Below are positions 30,067 through 39,051 of a stretch of 64,000 nucleotides of DNA, piece after piece. The stretch is taken from NCBI GenBank assembly GCA_003221005.1, contig QHTZ01000074.1, positions 14,864 through 78,863 of the forward strand, written 5' to 3'. Every line of letters begins with the position of its first letter. The first letter of the stretch is position 1. A program made the translations under genes and the position numbers. The DNA is from Gemmatimonadota bacterium. GTDB taxonomy: Bacteria > Gemmatimonadota > Gemmatimonadetes > Gemmatimonadales > GWC2-71-9. A model generated the notes under the pieces. That model searched no databases, was not told the DNA's origin, and saw only the letters and a program-made list of their open reading frames with translations.

Positions 30067-31276
30067 CCGAGCGGCACTGCTCGCCCTTGTGGTAGTGCCG
30101 CTCGCGTGCTGGAGCTTGCGCGCACAGGACACGACCAGGGCGGCGCCGGAGACGACACAGGCGGCGCCGCTCGGGGGAGGTCCACTCCCCGCCACTCACA
30201 CGGTCGCGCGCGGCGAGACCCTGTGGTCGATCGCCCAGCTCTATTTCAGCGATCCCCTCCTCTGGCCCGAGATCTACCGCCTGAACACGTCGCTCATCGA
30301 GGATCCTCACTGGATCTATCCCGGTGAGGTCCTCAACGTTTCCGGGCCGGTCGGCGTGGCGCAGGCCCCCGAGACGACCGCGGTCCAGGTGACGCCCGGC
30401 GGCGACACCGTGCGGGCGGTCCCCGTAGACACGCTGGCGGTCGCGCCGGTCGACACGGCGCTGCGAGACACGACCCAGGCGCTCTTCATGGAGCCGCCCC
30501 CGGCCGCGGAGGAGTCCTACCGCACGATTTTCGATCGGCCCCGTTCGCGCACGACGGAGGTGCAGGACATCCTCCGGGCCTACGCGAACCAGCCGTATCA
30601 CCCGGTGCGCCGCGGTGAGTTCTACGCCGCCGGCTTCCTCACGGAGCGGGAGAACCTTCCCTGGGGCCGCGTGCTCGGGACGATCGCCAAGCCGGCGATC
30701 CCCCGCCTGACGGAGCGCTCCACGGCCTACCAGTTCGAGCAAATCGTGATCGATCCGCCGTCGCGGGTGTCCTACCACGTAAACGATTCGGTATTGATCG
30801 CGCGCATCGACCGCGACGAGGGGGATTGGGGAGACGTTGTCGTTCCGGTGGGCATCGCCCGCGTCACGGAAGTGGCGCGCAAGCAGCTGCTGGCTGAGGT
30901 GGTGCTCCAGTTTGGGCGGATTCACGACGGCCACCTGGTCCTGCCGCTCGAGCCCTTCAAGGACCCGGGGGAGATGCGGCCCACGCCGATCGAGCAAGGG
31001 TTGGGCGCGCAGGTGATCAACCAGCGCGACCTGCACACGATCACGATTTCGCAGCAGGTGGTTTTCCTTAACCGGGGCCGCGCCGACGGCGTTGTCCCGG
31101 GGGATGTGTTCCAAGTGTACACCGGGCAGGCGGGCACGCCGTCGCAGGAGCTGCGCGCCGTGGTCGAGGTCGTACACACGCGTGAACACTCGTGTTCGGG
31201 CCTCGTGCTCACCCTCGGCAACCCGAAGATCGTGCCCCAGCTCCCGGCGCGACTCATCCGGAAGATGCCCTCGTAG
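30038..31276 (+). CDS. Secreted LysM peptidoglycan-binding protein, TsaP-like architecture
   Basis: Signal peptide (SLRA|Q), LysM motif HTVARGETLWSIA..WPEIY..PHWIYPG, C-terminal VFLNRGRADGVVPGDVF. Confidence 0.75.
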   Translation: MRRTTICRFNRAALLALVVVPLACWSLRAQDTTRAAPETTQAAPLGGGPLPATHTVARGETLWSIAQLYFSDPLLWPEIYRLNTSLIEDPHWIYPGEVLNVSGPVGVAQAPETTAVQVTPGGDTVRAVPVDTLAVAPVDTALRDTTQALFMEPPPAAEESYRTIFDRPRSRTTEVQDILRAYANQPYHPVRRGEFYAAGFLTERENLPWGRVLGTIAKPAIPRLTERSTAYQFEQIVIDPPSRVSYHVNDSVLIARIDRDEGDWGDVVVPVGIARVTEVARKQLLAEVVLQFGRIHDGHLVLPLEPFKDPGEMRPTPIEQGLGAQVINQRDLHTITISQQVVFLNRGRADGVVPGDVFQVYTGQAGTPSQELRAVVEVVHTREHSCSGLVLTLGNPKIVPQLPARLIRKMPS

Positions 31277-31318
31277 TCGGGCGCCGGCCCGACCTCGGGT
31301 CCGGCACGCCGTCCGCGC

Positions 31319-32113
31319 ATGCTCGTTTACCTCCATCTCGCCGCGCTGGGCCTGTACGGGCTCTCCGCGGCGCTCGCCCTGGCGCCATTCGCCGGATTCC
31401 CCGTCGCGTCGCGTCGCTGGACGCTGTGGGTCGCCGGTGTCGGGGCGGGGATCCACACGGTCGGCGTGGCCCAGCTGTCGCTTGTGGGCACCGGACCGGC
31501 GCTGTCGGTGCTGGCCTGGTGTCTCGTCCTGCTGCAGATCGGGAGCGAGCTGCTGCTGCGGGCGGCCGCCGTGGCGCTGTTCACGGCCCCGCTCGCCGGG
31601 GGTTTGGTAGGCCTGGCGCTGCTGCTCGGGCTCGCCCCCGGGGCGCAGCCCTCCGCCGGGCGAAACATGTGGTTTATCTTGCACGTGACCTTGAGCGTGC
31701 TGGGGCTCGCCTTGCTGGCGCTCGCGTTCATCTCCGCGGCGCTCTACCTGCTGCAGTTCCGCGAGCTCAAAGCAAAACGGTTCGGCCAGGTATTTCAGCT
31801 GTTTCCCCCGCTCGAGCGGCTCGACCGGCTGAATCACGTGGCGTTGGTCGCGGGGTTTCCGGCGCTCACCGTCGGCGTGCTGCTCGCCGTCGGTTACGCG
31901 GTGCGCTACGCCGGGGGGATGCACGTGGATCCGGCACAGCTCGTGTGGGGTTCGTTCACGTGGGGAGTGCTGGGGTGGACGGTGTGGGTCCGCGTGGCGC
32001 GGCACTGGGCGGGCCGGCGGGCGGCGTTCGCCAGCATCGTCGGCTTCGCGGCCGTGGTGCTCGTCTACGTCGCACTGAAGCTCGCCCAACCGGGCACGGA
32101 GCGCTTTCTCTGA
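31319..32113 (+). CDS. CcsA/HemX-like cytochrome c assembly family membrane protein
   Basis: About 8 hydrophobic segments, WFILHV, FPPLERLDRL; lies directly upstream of hemA. Confidence 0.75.
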   Translation: MLVYLHLAALGLYGLSAALALAPFAGFPVASRRWTLWVAGVGAGIHTVGVAQLSLVGTGPALSVLAWCLVLLQIGSELLLRAAAVALFTAPLAGGLVGLALLLGLAPGAQPSAGRNMWFILHVTLSVLGLALLALAFISAALYLLQFRELKAKRFGQVFQLFPPLERLDRLNHVALVAGFPALTVGVLLAVGYAVRYAGGMHVDPAQLVWGSFTWGVLGWTVWVRVARHWAGRRAAFASIVGFAAVVLVYVALKLAQPGTERFL

Positions 32114-32123
32114 TGATCCGAGC

Positions 32124-33401
32124 ATGAGCATCGCTGTCCTGGGAGTGAACCACCGCACGGCGCCGCTCGAGGTACGCGAGCGCTTCGCCCACGCCCTCCA
32201 CGAGGTGCCGGGAGCGCTCGCGCGCGTGCTCGAGGCCGGTGCCGCGGGCGGCGTGCTGCTCTCCACCTGCAACCGCACCGAGTTCTACCTCGCCGAGCCC
32301 CAGGAGGCGGTGCCGGAGGCCGTGTGGACCCTGCTGGGCGAACGCCTGAGCGGGAGGGGGGATAGGGGCGAGCGCAGCGCCCAGCCCTACGGCTACGCCG
32401 AGCGCGACCGCGACGCGGTGCGGCACCTGTACCGCGTGTCGGCGGGCCTCGATTCCATGGTGCTGGGCGAGTCGCAGATCCAGGGTCAGGTGCGCGACGC
32501 GTGGGAGACGTCGCGGCCACAGGCGGGTCCCGTGCTGCACCGGCTGTTCCAGTCGGCGCTGCTCGTGGGAGCGCGGGTGCGGACCGAGACCAAGCTCGGG
32601 ACCGGAACGGCCTCGGTGCCCTCGGCCGCGGTTGCAGTCGCGAGCAAGATCTTCGGTGAGCTCGCGGGACGCTCGGCGCTGATCCTCGGCGCGGGCGACA
32701 TGGCCGAGCTCGCCGCGAGCTGTCTCGTGGCGGAGGGTGCCCGGGTGACGCTGGTGGCGAATCGCACCTACGAGCGCGCCCGCGCGATCGCCGAGCAGCT
32801 CGGGGCGCGCGCCCTCACCCTCGATGAGGCGTGGTCGCACTTCGCCGACACCGACATCGCCCTCTGCTCCACCGCCGCTCCACACGCCGTGGTCACGTGG
32901 GAGCGGGTCGCGCCGGCGATTGCCGGGCGCGGCGGACGGCCGCTGTGCATCCTCGATCTCGCCGTGCCGCGCGACGTCGAGCCCGCCGTCGGGCAGCTGG
33001 AGAACGTGTTCCTGTACGACGTGGACGACCTCCAGGCCGTCGCGGGCCAGGCCGCTGCCCAGCGCCGCGGCGAGATTCCCGCCGCCGAGCACATCGTGAA
33101 CGAGGAGGTCGAGCGCTTCTGGGCCTGGTACGGCGGGCTGGCGGTCGTGCCCGCGCTCAAGGAGTTCCGCGAGCGCCTCGACGCGGTGCGAGCGGTCGAG
33201 GTGGACCGCGCGCTGCGGCGGTTCAAGCACCTGCCCCCGGAGGACCGCGAGCAGCTGGACCAGTTCAGCAAGGCGCTCCTCAACAAATTCCTCCATGAGC
33301 CTACGGTGGCCCTGAAGGCGGCGGCGGATCGCGGGCGCGGCTACGCGCTCCTCGAAGCGTTGAAGGAGCTGTTCGGCCTGGAACGCGGCGATGGGCCGTA
33401 A
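32124..33401 (+). CDS. hemA: Glutamyl-tRNA reductase
   Basis: GVNHRTAPLEVRE, LSTCNRTE, GLDSMVLGESQI, GAGDM, DLAVPRD. Confidence 0.96.
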   Translation: MSIAVLGVNHRTAPLEVRERFAHALHEVPGALARVLEAGAAGGVLLSTCNRTEFYLAEPQEAVPEAVWTLLGERLSGRGDRGERSAQPYGYAERDRDAVRHLYRVSAGLDSMVLGESQIQGQVRDAWETSRPQAGPVLHRLFQSALLVGARVRTETKLGTGTASVPSAAVAVASKIFGELAGRSALILGAGDMAELAASCLVAEGARVTLVANRTYERARAIAEQLGARALTLDEAWSHFADTDIALCSTAAPHAVVTWERVAPAIAGRGGRPLCILDLAVPRDVEPAVGQLENVFLYDVDDLQAVAGQAAAQRRGEIPAAEHIVNEEVERFWAWYGGLAVVPALKEFRERLDAVRAVEVDRALRRFKHLPPEDREQLDQFSKALLNKFLHEPTVALKAAADRGRGYALLEALKELFGLERGDGP

Positions 33402-34335
33402 GGTTCTCATTACCGGCGGCGCGGGCTTCGTGGGCTCGCACGTCGTCGACGCCCACCTCGCCGCCGGCGATGACGTGACGGTGCTCGACGACCTTTCAAC
33501 CGGCCGGCGGGAGAACATTCCCGCCGGCGTCCGCTTTGTGCACGCCGACGTTCGCTCCCCGGAGGCGCGGGAGCTCGTCGCCCGGGGTGGGTTCGTGCTC
33601 TTGAACCATCACGCCGCCCAGATGGACGTGCGGCGCTCCGTGGCGGACCCGCTGTTCGACGCGGGCGTCAACCTCGTTGGCCTCCTGAATTTGCTCGAGG
33701 GCGCCCGCGCCGGCGGCCTGCGGCGCGTCGTGTTTGCCTCGTCGGGCGGCGTCGTGTACGGCGAGCGCGGCCCGTTTCCGCTGCTCGAGACGGCCGCCAA
33801 GCTCCCCGTCTCTCCCTACGGTGCCGCCAAGCTCGCTTCGGAGTACTACCTCGCGACCTACGCCCATCTGTTCGGACTGGAGACTGTCGCCCTGCGCTAC
33901 AGCAACGTGTATGGGCCCCGCCAGCGGGGCGACGGGGAGGCGGGCGTCGTGGCGATCTTCGGGCGACGCCTCCTCAAGGGGGAGGCCCTGACCATTTTCG
34001 GTGACGGCGAGCAGACGCGCGACCTCGTGTACGTGACAGACGTGGCGGAGGCGAACGTCGCCGCGAGCCGGAGACCGCTCGCGCCGCTCGACGGCATCGA
34101 CGCGCACGCCTTCAACGTCGGCACCGCCGTGGAGACCTCGGTGAACCGCTTGGCGGAGCTGATGGGCGCGGCGGCGGGACGAGCGCCGCAGGTGGCGCAC
34201 GCAGCCGCGCGCGCCGGCGAGCTCCCACGCAGCGTGCTCACCGTGGACAAGGCGGCGCGCGAGCTCGGCTGGCGGCCTCGTACCGCGCTCGCCGATGGCT
34301 TGCGCGCCACGCTGCGCTTTCTTGCAGAGGATTGA
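33391..34335 (+). CDS. NAD-dependent epimerase (UDP-glucose 4-epimerase-like)
   Basis: TGGAGFVG, AAQMDVRRSV, SPYGAAK, NVYGPRQ..GEAGVV. Confidence 0.85.
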   Translation: MGRKVLITGGAGFVGSHVVDAHLAAGDDVTVLDDLSTGRRENIPAGVRFVHADVRSPEARELVARGGFVLLNHHAAQMDVRRSVADPLFDAGVNLVGLLNLLEGARAGGLRRVVFASSGGVVYGERGPFPLLETAAKLPVSPYGAAKLASEYYLATYAHLFGLETVALRYSNVYGPRQRGDGEAGVVAIFGRRLLKGEALTIFGDGEQTRDLVYVTDVAEANVAASRRPLAPLDGIDAHAFNVGTAVETSVNRLAELMGAAAGRAPQVAHAAARAGELPRSVLTVDKAARELGWRPRTALADGLRATLRFLAED

Positions 34336-35055
34336 GTGTTCCTCCAGGTAGGCCGTGCGGTTCCGACCACCCCATGGGACCTGGTGCTGACCTCGAGCCG
34401 CGAGACCAAGTTCGTGCTCGCGATCCTGGTCGCGTTCTCGCTCGTTTCGTGGTACCTGATCTTTCTCAAGTGGTGGCAATTCCGCCGCCTGCGGCGTCAG
34501 GCTGATCGCTTCTTGACGGAGATCGAGAAGGCGGCCCGGCTTGACGACGCCTACCATGCCGCCATGCGGCTCCCTGCGTCCCCCTACAACCGGTTGCTGC
34601 GCGAAGGGATTCACTTCTTCTCCGAGCTCAAACCGGGCGGCCTGAAGAGTGACGGGCCCGTGGGCGTGGCGCAGGGCACGCTCACCGCGACCCAGCTCGA
34701 GGCGTTGCGGATGGTCCTCGCCAAGGATGTGGCGGCCGAGCGCGACGCCGCGGCGCGGTTCATCCCGTGGCTCGCGACGTTCGGGTCGGTCAGCCCGCTG
34801 CTCGGCCTGCTGGGAACGGTGCTGGGCGTGATGGACGCATTCATCGGGATCGCCGTCGGGGGTTCGGGGAACATCGCGGCTGTCGCGCCCGGGGTCGCGG
34901 AGGCGCTCGTGACGACGGTCATGGGTCTCGCGGTCGCCGTCCCGTCGGTGATGGCGTATAACCTGTTCGTGAGCCGGTTGGGACTGTTCGCCGGAGAGCT
35001 GGAGGGGTTCGCGCAGGAGATCATCGGCACCATGGCGCGCGAAGGGTGGCTCTGA
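34336..35055 (+). CDS. tolQ: TolQ (MotA/TolQ/ExbB family)
   Basis: SPLLGLLGTVLG, VAPGVAEALVTT; first gene of the tol-pal cluster. Confidence 0.88.
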   Translation: MFLQVGRAVPTTPWDLVLTSSRETKFVLAILVAFSLVSWYLIFLKWWQFRRLRRQADRFLTEIEKAARLDDAYHAAMRLPASPYNRLLREGIHFFSELKPGGLKSDGPVGVAQGTLTATQLEALRMVLAKDVAAERDAAARFIPWLATFGSVSPLLGLLGTVLGVMDAFIGIAVGGSGNIAAVAPGVAEALVTTVMGLAVAVPSVMAYNLFVSRLGLFAGELEGFAQEIIGTMAREGWL

Positions 35056-35493
35056 GTGGCCGGGCTGCTCGGTGGTGGAGGGGGACTGCGTGGGCACGGC
35101 GAGCTGCCCCTCAACGCCGATATCAACGTCACGTCGCTCGTGGACGTCGCGTTCGTCCTCCTCATCATCTTCATGATCACGGCGCCCATCATGCAGGGAG
35201 GCGTGGACGTGCGCCTCCCGCGCGCCGAGGCCCGCCCGCTCGAGCCGAAGCAGGGCCTCGTCATCACGCTCGACCGGGACGGCAAGATCTACCTCGACCA
35301 ATCGCCGCTCTCCTACGAGGACTTCCGGGCCACATTTCCCGCGTTTGTGCGAACCAAACACCCGACCGGGGTGTACCTCCGGGCCGATGGTCGCGTTCCG
35401 TATGTCGATGTCGTTCAGGTGCTGGCCGTGATTCGCACGGCGGGCGTCGCGGACGTGGGCCTCGTGGCCGAACCGGAGACGATCGAGCGGTGA
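35056..35493 (+). CDS. tolR: TolR/ExbD family protein
   Basis: INVTSLVDVAFVLLIIFMITAP, YLRADG. Confidence 0.88.
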   Translation: MAGLLGGGGGLRGHGELPLNADINVTSLVDVAFVLLIIFMITAPIMQGGVDVRLPRAEARPLEPKQGLVITLDRDGKIYLDQSPLSYEDFRATFPAFVRTKHPTGVYLRADGRVPYVDVVQVLAVIRTAGVADVGLVAEPETIER

Positions 35494-36176
35494 GAGGGCG
35501 CCGCCCGCTGCCGGGGAACACGGGCCTGGGACTGGCGGGGACCGCGGTGGTGCATGGGCTCGCCGGCATCATCCTGTTCGGTAGCACCGCGCGTCACCGG
35601 CCGCCGCCACCGGTGTATAAGGTCCAACTGATCGCAGCCCCGGAGCCGGGCGCGGAGACGCGGAAAGCGCCGGAGGCGGTGGAGCGGCCGGCCGCGGAGC
35701 AGCCGGCGCCGGCGCTCAAACCCAAGCCGCAGCCGAAGAGCACGGTGTCCAAGGCGGCGCCGCCCCCGGCCCCTGACGCGGCGCACCGCGAAGCGGCGCC
35801 GCGCACCACTCCCAAGACGGCTCCGCTCCCCGGCGAGAAACCTTCGACGGGGAGCGACGTCGCCACGGTGAGCACGGAGGGCGTGGAGTTCCCCTACCCC
35901 GAGTATCTGCAGAACATCGTGACGCAGATCCTGCGGCGCTGGCAACGGCCGTTCCAGAGCACACCTCTGGAATCGGAAGTCTCCTTCTTCATTCACCGCG
36001 ACGGCGCGATCACCGACCTGCAGTTCGTCAAGCGCTCCGGCAACTTCGCCTTCGATCTCGAAGCCGAGGGCGCCGTCGAAGAAGCGGGCCGGTTCAAGGC
36101 GTTCGGCGCCCTGCCAGCGGGGTGGCAGCCGGACGTGCTGTACGTGCGGTTCTACTTCAGCGGACGAAGGCAATAA
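35490..36176 (+). CDS. TolA/TonB-like energy transducer
   Basis: N-terminal TM segment with a His residue, Pro/Lys-rich linker, TonB_C-like SGNFAFD; lies between tolR and tolB. Confidence 0.78.
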   Translation: MRGRRPLPGNTGLGLAGTAVVHGLAGIILFGSTARHRPPPPVYKVQLIAAPEPGAETRKAPEAVERPAAEQPAPALKPKPQPKSTVSKAAPPPAPDAAHREAAPRTTPKTAPLPGEKPSTGSDVATVSTEGVEFPYPEYLQNIVTQILRRWQRPFQSTPLESEVSFFIHRDGAITDLQFVKRSGNFAFDLEAEGAVEEAGRFKAFGALPAGWQPDVLYVRFYFSGRRQ

Positions 36177-37598
36177 ATGCGACGGAAAGACGGAAGGACG
36201 GAAGGACGGAAGTTGTGCTGGGCGGCGGTCGGCTGCTTGCTCACTCTTTCCGTCCTTCCGTCGTTCCGTCTTTCCGCCCAGGATACCTCCGCCATCGACC
36301 GCGGCGTCCGCATCGGGATCGTCTATCGGCCCGGTGTCAGACCCGGCGTCGTCCTGCTTCCCGATCGATCCACGGCGCTCGATTCGGTGCGCGCCATCCT
36401 GGCGCGTGACCTCGACTACAGCGACCGCTTCGAGCTCATCACGCTGCCTGGTGGCGACTCGATCCGCGTGAGCGCGCCAGCCGCCGCCCGCGCGCCGGGC
36501 GCGCGCACGACGGCGGGTGCGCGGGCCCACACGGGCGGTGAGGCGGCGGGGCTCAATTACCCGTTGTACCAGGCGCTAGGCGCCGATTTCGCTATCGCGC
36601 TCGCCGCCGTGCGCGATACCACCCAGGTGACGATCCACGATGTGACGGCCGGCGCGGTGCGGCGACTCCTGAAGGCCCGTCTCCCCACGGCGACGTCGTC
36701 CCAGTTCCGAATGGCAGTGCACCGGCTCGCCGACAAGATTGTCGAAGCGACGCTCGGCACCGCGGGGACCGCGGCCACCCGCGTCCTCTTCGTGATGGAC
36801 GGCAAGCTGTACCAGATCGACTCGGATGGCGCGGGCTTCAAGGAGATTCTCTCGACGAAAGGCCGCGCGATCCTGTCCCCCGTCTGGGACCGCGACGGGC
36901 GGCGCATTGCGTACATGGAGTTCTGGTCCGGACACGGTCAGCTCTTCGTCCAGGATGCCGCTACCGGCCGTCGCCGCGCCGTTACCGACGGCGCTACGCT
37001 GGACTTCACGCCGGTCTTCTCGCCCGACGGCAAGGGCCTGACGTTCAGCCGCGCCATCGAAGAAGGCACCGACGTGTACACGTTCAACCTCCGGGACAAC
37101 TGCTGTTTACAGCGCTTGACCGTCGGGAGGTTTTCTGACAACTTGTCTCCGGCCTACAGTCCAGACGGGCAGCGCATCGCGTTCGTGTCGACCCGGCCGG
37201 GCTTGCCGCAGATCTACGTGATGGCGGCGGACGGGACCGACGAGCAGTTGTTCGCGCCGTTTGACTACGGGGTGACCGGCTCATCCAACGCGCCCGACTG
37301 GTCGCCCGATGGGCAGTCGGTAGCATTTCATCGCGACGTGGCCGGGACGCTGCAGGTGTTCGTGCTGGATGTGCGGACGCGCACGGTCCGTCAGCTCACC
37401 TCCTTGGGGCGGAATGAAGACCCCACTTGGGCGCCCGACAGCCGGCACGTGGCGTTTGTCTCCGATCGCTCGGGGTATCGGCAGCTCTGGGTGATCGACA
37501 TGGAAACGGGTCGCATCCGGCCGCTGCTGCAGCAGAGCGGCGTCCGTTTGCCGGCATGGTCTCCGCGGCTTCCGGAGACCGAACAGTCCACCCCTTGA
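36177..37598 (+). CDS. tolB: TolB beta-propeller protein
   Basis: RDLDYSDRF, PD40 repeats (FSPDG, YSPDG, WSPDG); upstream of pal. Confidence 0.9.
   Translation: MRRKDGRTEGRKLCWAAVGCLLTLSVLPSFRLSAQDTSAIDRGVRIGIVYRPGVRPGVVLLPDRSTALDSVRAILARDLDYSDRFELITLPGGDSIRVSAPAAARAPGARTTAGARAHTGGEAAGLNYPLYQALGADFAIALAAVRDTTQVTIHDVTAGAVRRLLKARLPTATSSQFRMAVHRLADKIVEATLGTAGTAATRVLFVMDGKLYQIDSDGAGFKEILSTKGRAILSPVWDRDGRRIAYMEFWSGHGQLFVQDAATGRRRAVTDGATLDFTPVFSPDGKGLTFSRAIEEGTDVYTFNLRDNCCLQRLTVGRFSDNLSPAYSPDGQRIAFVSTRPGLPQIYVMAADGTDEQLFAPFDYGVTGSSNAPDWSPDGQSVAFHRDVAGTLQVFVLDVRTRTVRQLTSLGRNEDPTWAPDSRHVAFVSDRSGYRQLWVIDMETGRIRPLLQQSGVRLPAWSPRLPETEQSTP
36181..36278. repeat. Inverted octamer tandem arrays inside the tolB 5' end
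   Basis: GACGGAAA (GACGGAAG)3 at 36181-36212 and TTTCCGTC CTTCCGTC GTTCCGTC TTTCCGCC at 36247-36278. Confidence 0.9.
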
Positions 37599-37615
37599 CC
37601 TGGAGAGCGCCTCAC

Positions 37616-38230
37616 ATGACACGCCCACTGCTGCTTGTGCTGGCCGGCCTCGTCACCGCGGGCGTGGTTGCCTGCGGGGGCAATCCGCAGCCTGCGACGC
37701 CCGCGCCGCAGGCCAATGCGGATTCGATCGCGGCCGCAGAGAAGGCACGGCAGGACTCCATCGCGGCGGCGGAGGCCGCGGCGCGGGCCCGTGAAGAGGC
37801 CGAGCGGGTCGCCCGGCAGCGCACCGCCGATTCACTGGCGGCGCTCGGCCGCGGCACCGAAGCGGTCCGCACGATGCTCGCCACGATGATTCACTTCGAC
37901 TTCGACAAGTCGAACATCCGCTCGGACGACGCCGGGACGCTCGACCAGAAGGTCGGGATCCTTCAGGCGAATTCCAATGCGCACATCCGCATCGCGGGGC
38001 ATTGTGACGAGCGCGGCTCCGACGAGTACAACCTGGCCCTGGGCAACCGCCGCGCGACCGCGGCCAAGCAATACCTGGTGAGTCACGGCATCGACGGGGG
38101 CCGCATCGAGACACAGTCGTTCGGCAAGGAGCGGCCGCTCGACCCGGGGCACAACGAAGAAGCGTGGTCGAAGAACCGCCGCGACGAGTTCGACATCACC
38201 AGCGGCGGCGACGCGCTGAGACAGCCGTAA
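37616..38230 (+). CDS. pal: Peptidoglycan-associated lipoprotein Pal
   Basis: Lipobox VVAC, IHFDFDKS, GHCDERGSDEYNLALGNRRA, KNRRDEF. Confidence 0.94.
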   Translation: MTRPLLLVLAGLVTAGVVACGGNPQPATPAPQANADSIAAAEKARQDSIAAAEAAARAREEAERVARQRTADSLAALGRGTEAVRTMLATMIHFDFDKSNIRSDDAGTLDQKVGILQANSNAHIRIAGHCDERGSDEYNLALGNRRATAAKQYLVSHGIDGGRIETQSFGKERPLDPGHNEEAWSKNRRDEFDITSGGDALRQP

Positions 38231-38241
38231 GGACCCTTCGG

Positions 38242-39027
38242 TTGCTGCGAAAACTGTCGTTGATGCTCGGTGTCGCACTGCTCGGCGGATGCGCCCTCAA
38301 GGGGGACGTCCGCCGAGTTGAGTTGCAGGTCGCGGCGTTGAAGGCGGACTTGAGCGATGCGGACGCGGCGCGCAAGGCGCAGATCGATTCGCTGCTGGCC
38401 CTCGTCGCCGCCGTGCAGCAGGCGCTCGGCGCGCAGCAGCAGTATCTCGTTCGAATGCGCGGTGACGTCCGGACCGATCTCCTGTCCGTACAGCAGCAGC
38501 TGGTCGCGGTCCAGGAGCTCACCGGGCAGAGCCAGCAACGTCTGACCGAGCTGCGCGGCCGTCTCGAGGAGCAGGCGCGACAGCCGGTGCCCCCGGTCGA
38601 CAACCCCAATCCCACCGGGGCACCGGTCGGGCCGTCGGGCACCGTGGCAGGTCCGGGCCCCGACCGGATGTACGAACTCTCGCTCCAGCAGTACCGGCGT
38701 GGCAGCCTCGCCACCGCGCGCGTCGCCTTCCGCGAGTTCCTGCGGCTCTACCCCACTCATGACCGGGCGCCCGACGCGCTGTTCTACATCGGCGAGACGT
38801 TCGGCGGCGAGAACGCCGATTCGGCCGCCGCCGTGTATCAACAGGTCGTGAAGACCTATCCCAACTCCACACGGGCTCCCTCGGCCCTGTACAAGCTGGG
38901 CCTCCTCGCCGAGACCCGGGGCGACAAGGCGACCGCTCGGACCTACTACCAACGGGTCGTGGCGGGATATCCCCGCTCGGACGAAGCCAACCTCGCCCGC
39001 GACAAGCTTCAGCGACTGGGGCGTTAG
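38242..39027 (+). CDS. cpoB: Tol-pal system protein CpoB/YbgF (lipoprotein form)
   Basis: TTG start after AAGGA, lipobox LGGC, coiled coil then TPR (APDALFYIG, APSALYKLG); follows pal. Confidence 0.85.
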   Translation: MLRKLSLMLGVALLGGCALKGDVRRVELQVAALKADLSDADAARKAQIDSLLALVAAVQQALGAQQQYLVRMRGDVRTDLLSVQQQLVAVQELTGQSQQRLTELRGRLEEQARQPVPPVDNPNPTGAPVGPSGTVAGPGPDRMYELSLQQYRRGSLATARVAFREFLRLYPTHDRAPDALFYIGETFGGENADSAAAVYQQVVKTYPNSTRAPSALYKLGLLAETRGDKATARTYYQRVVAGYPRSDEANLARDKLQRLGR

Positions 39028-39051
39028 TCCTCCCCGCCCCCGGCGGCGCAC

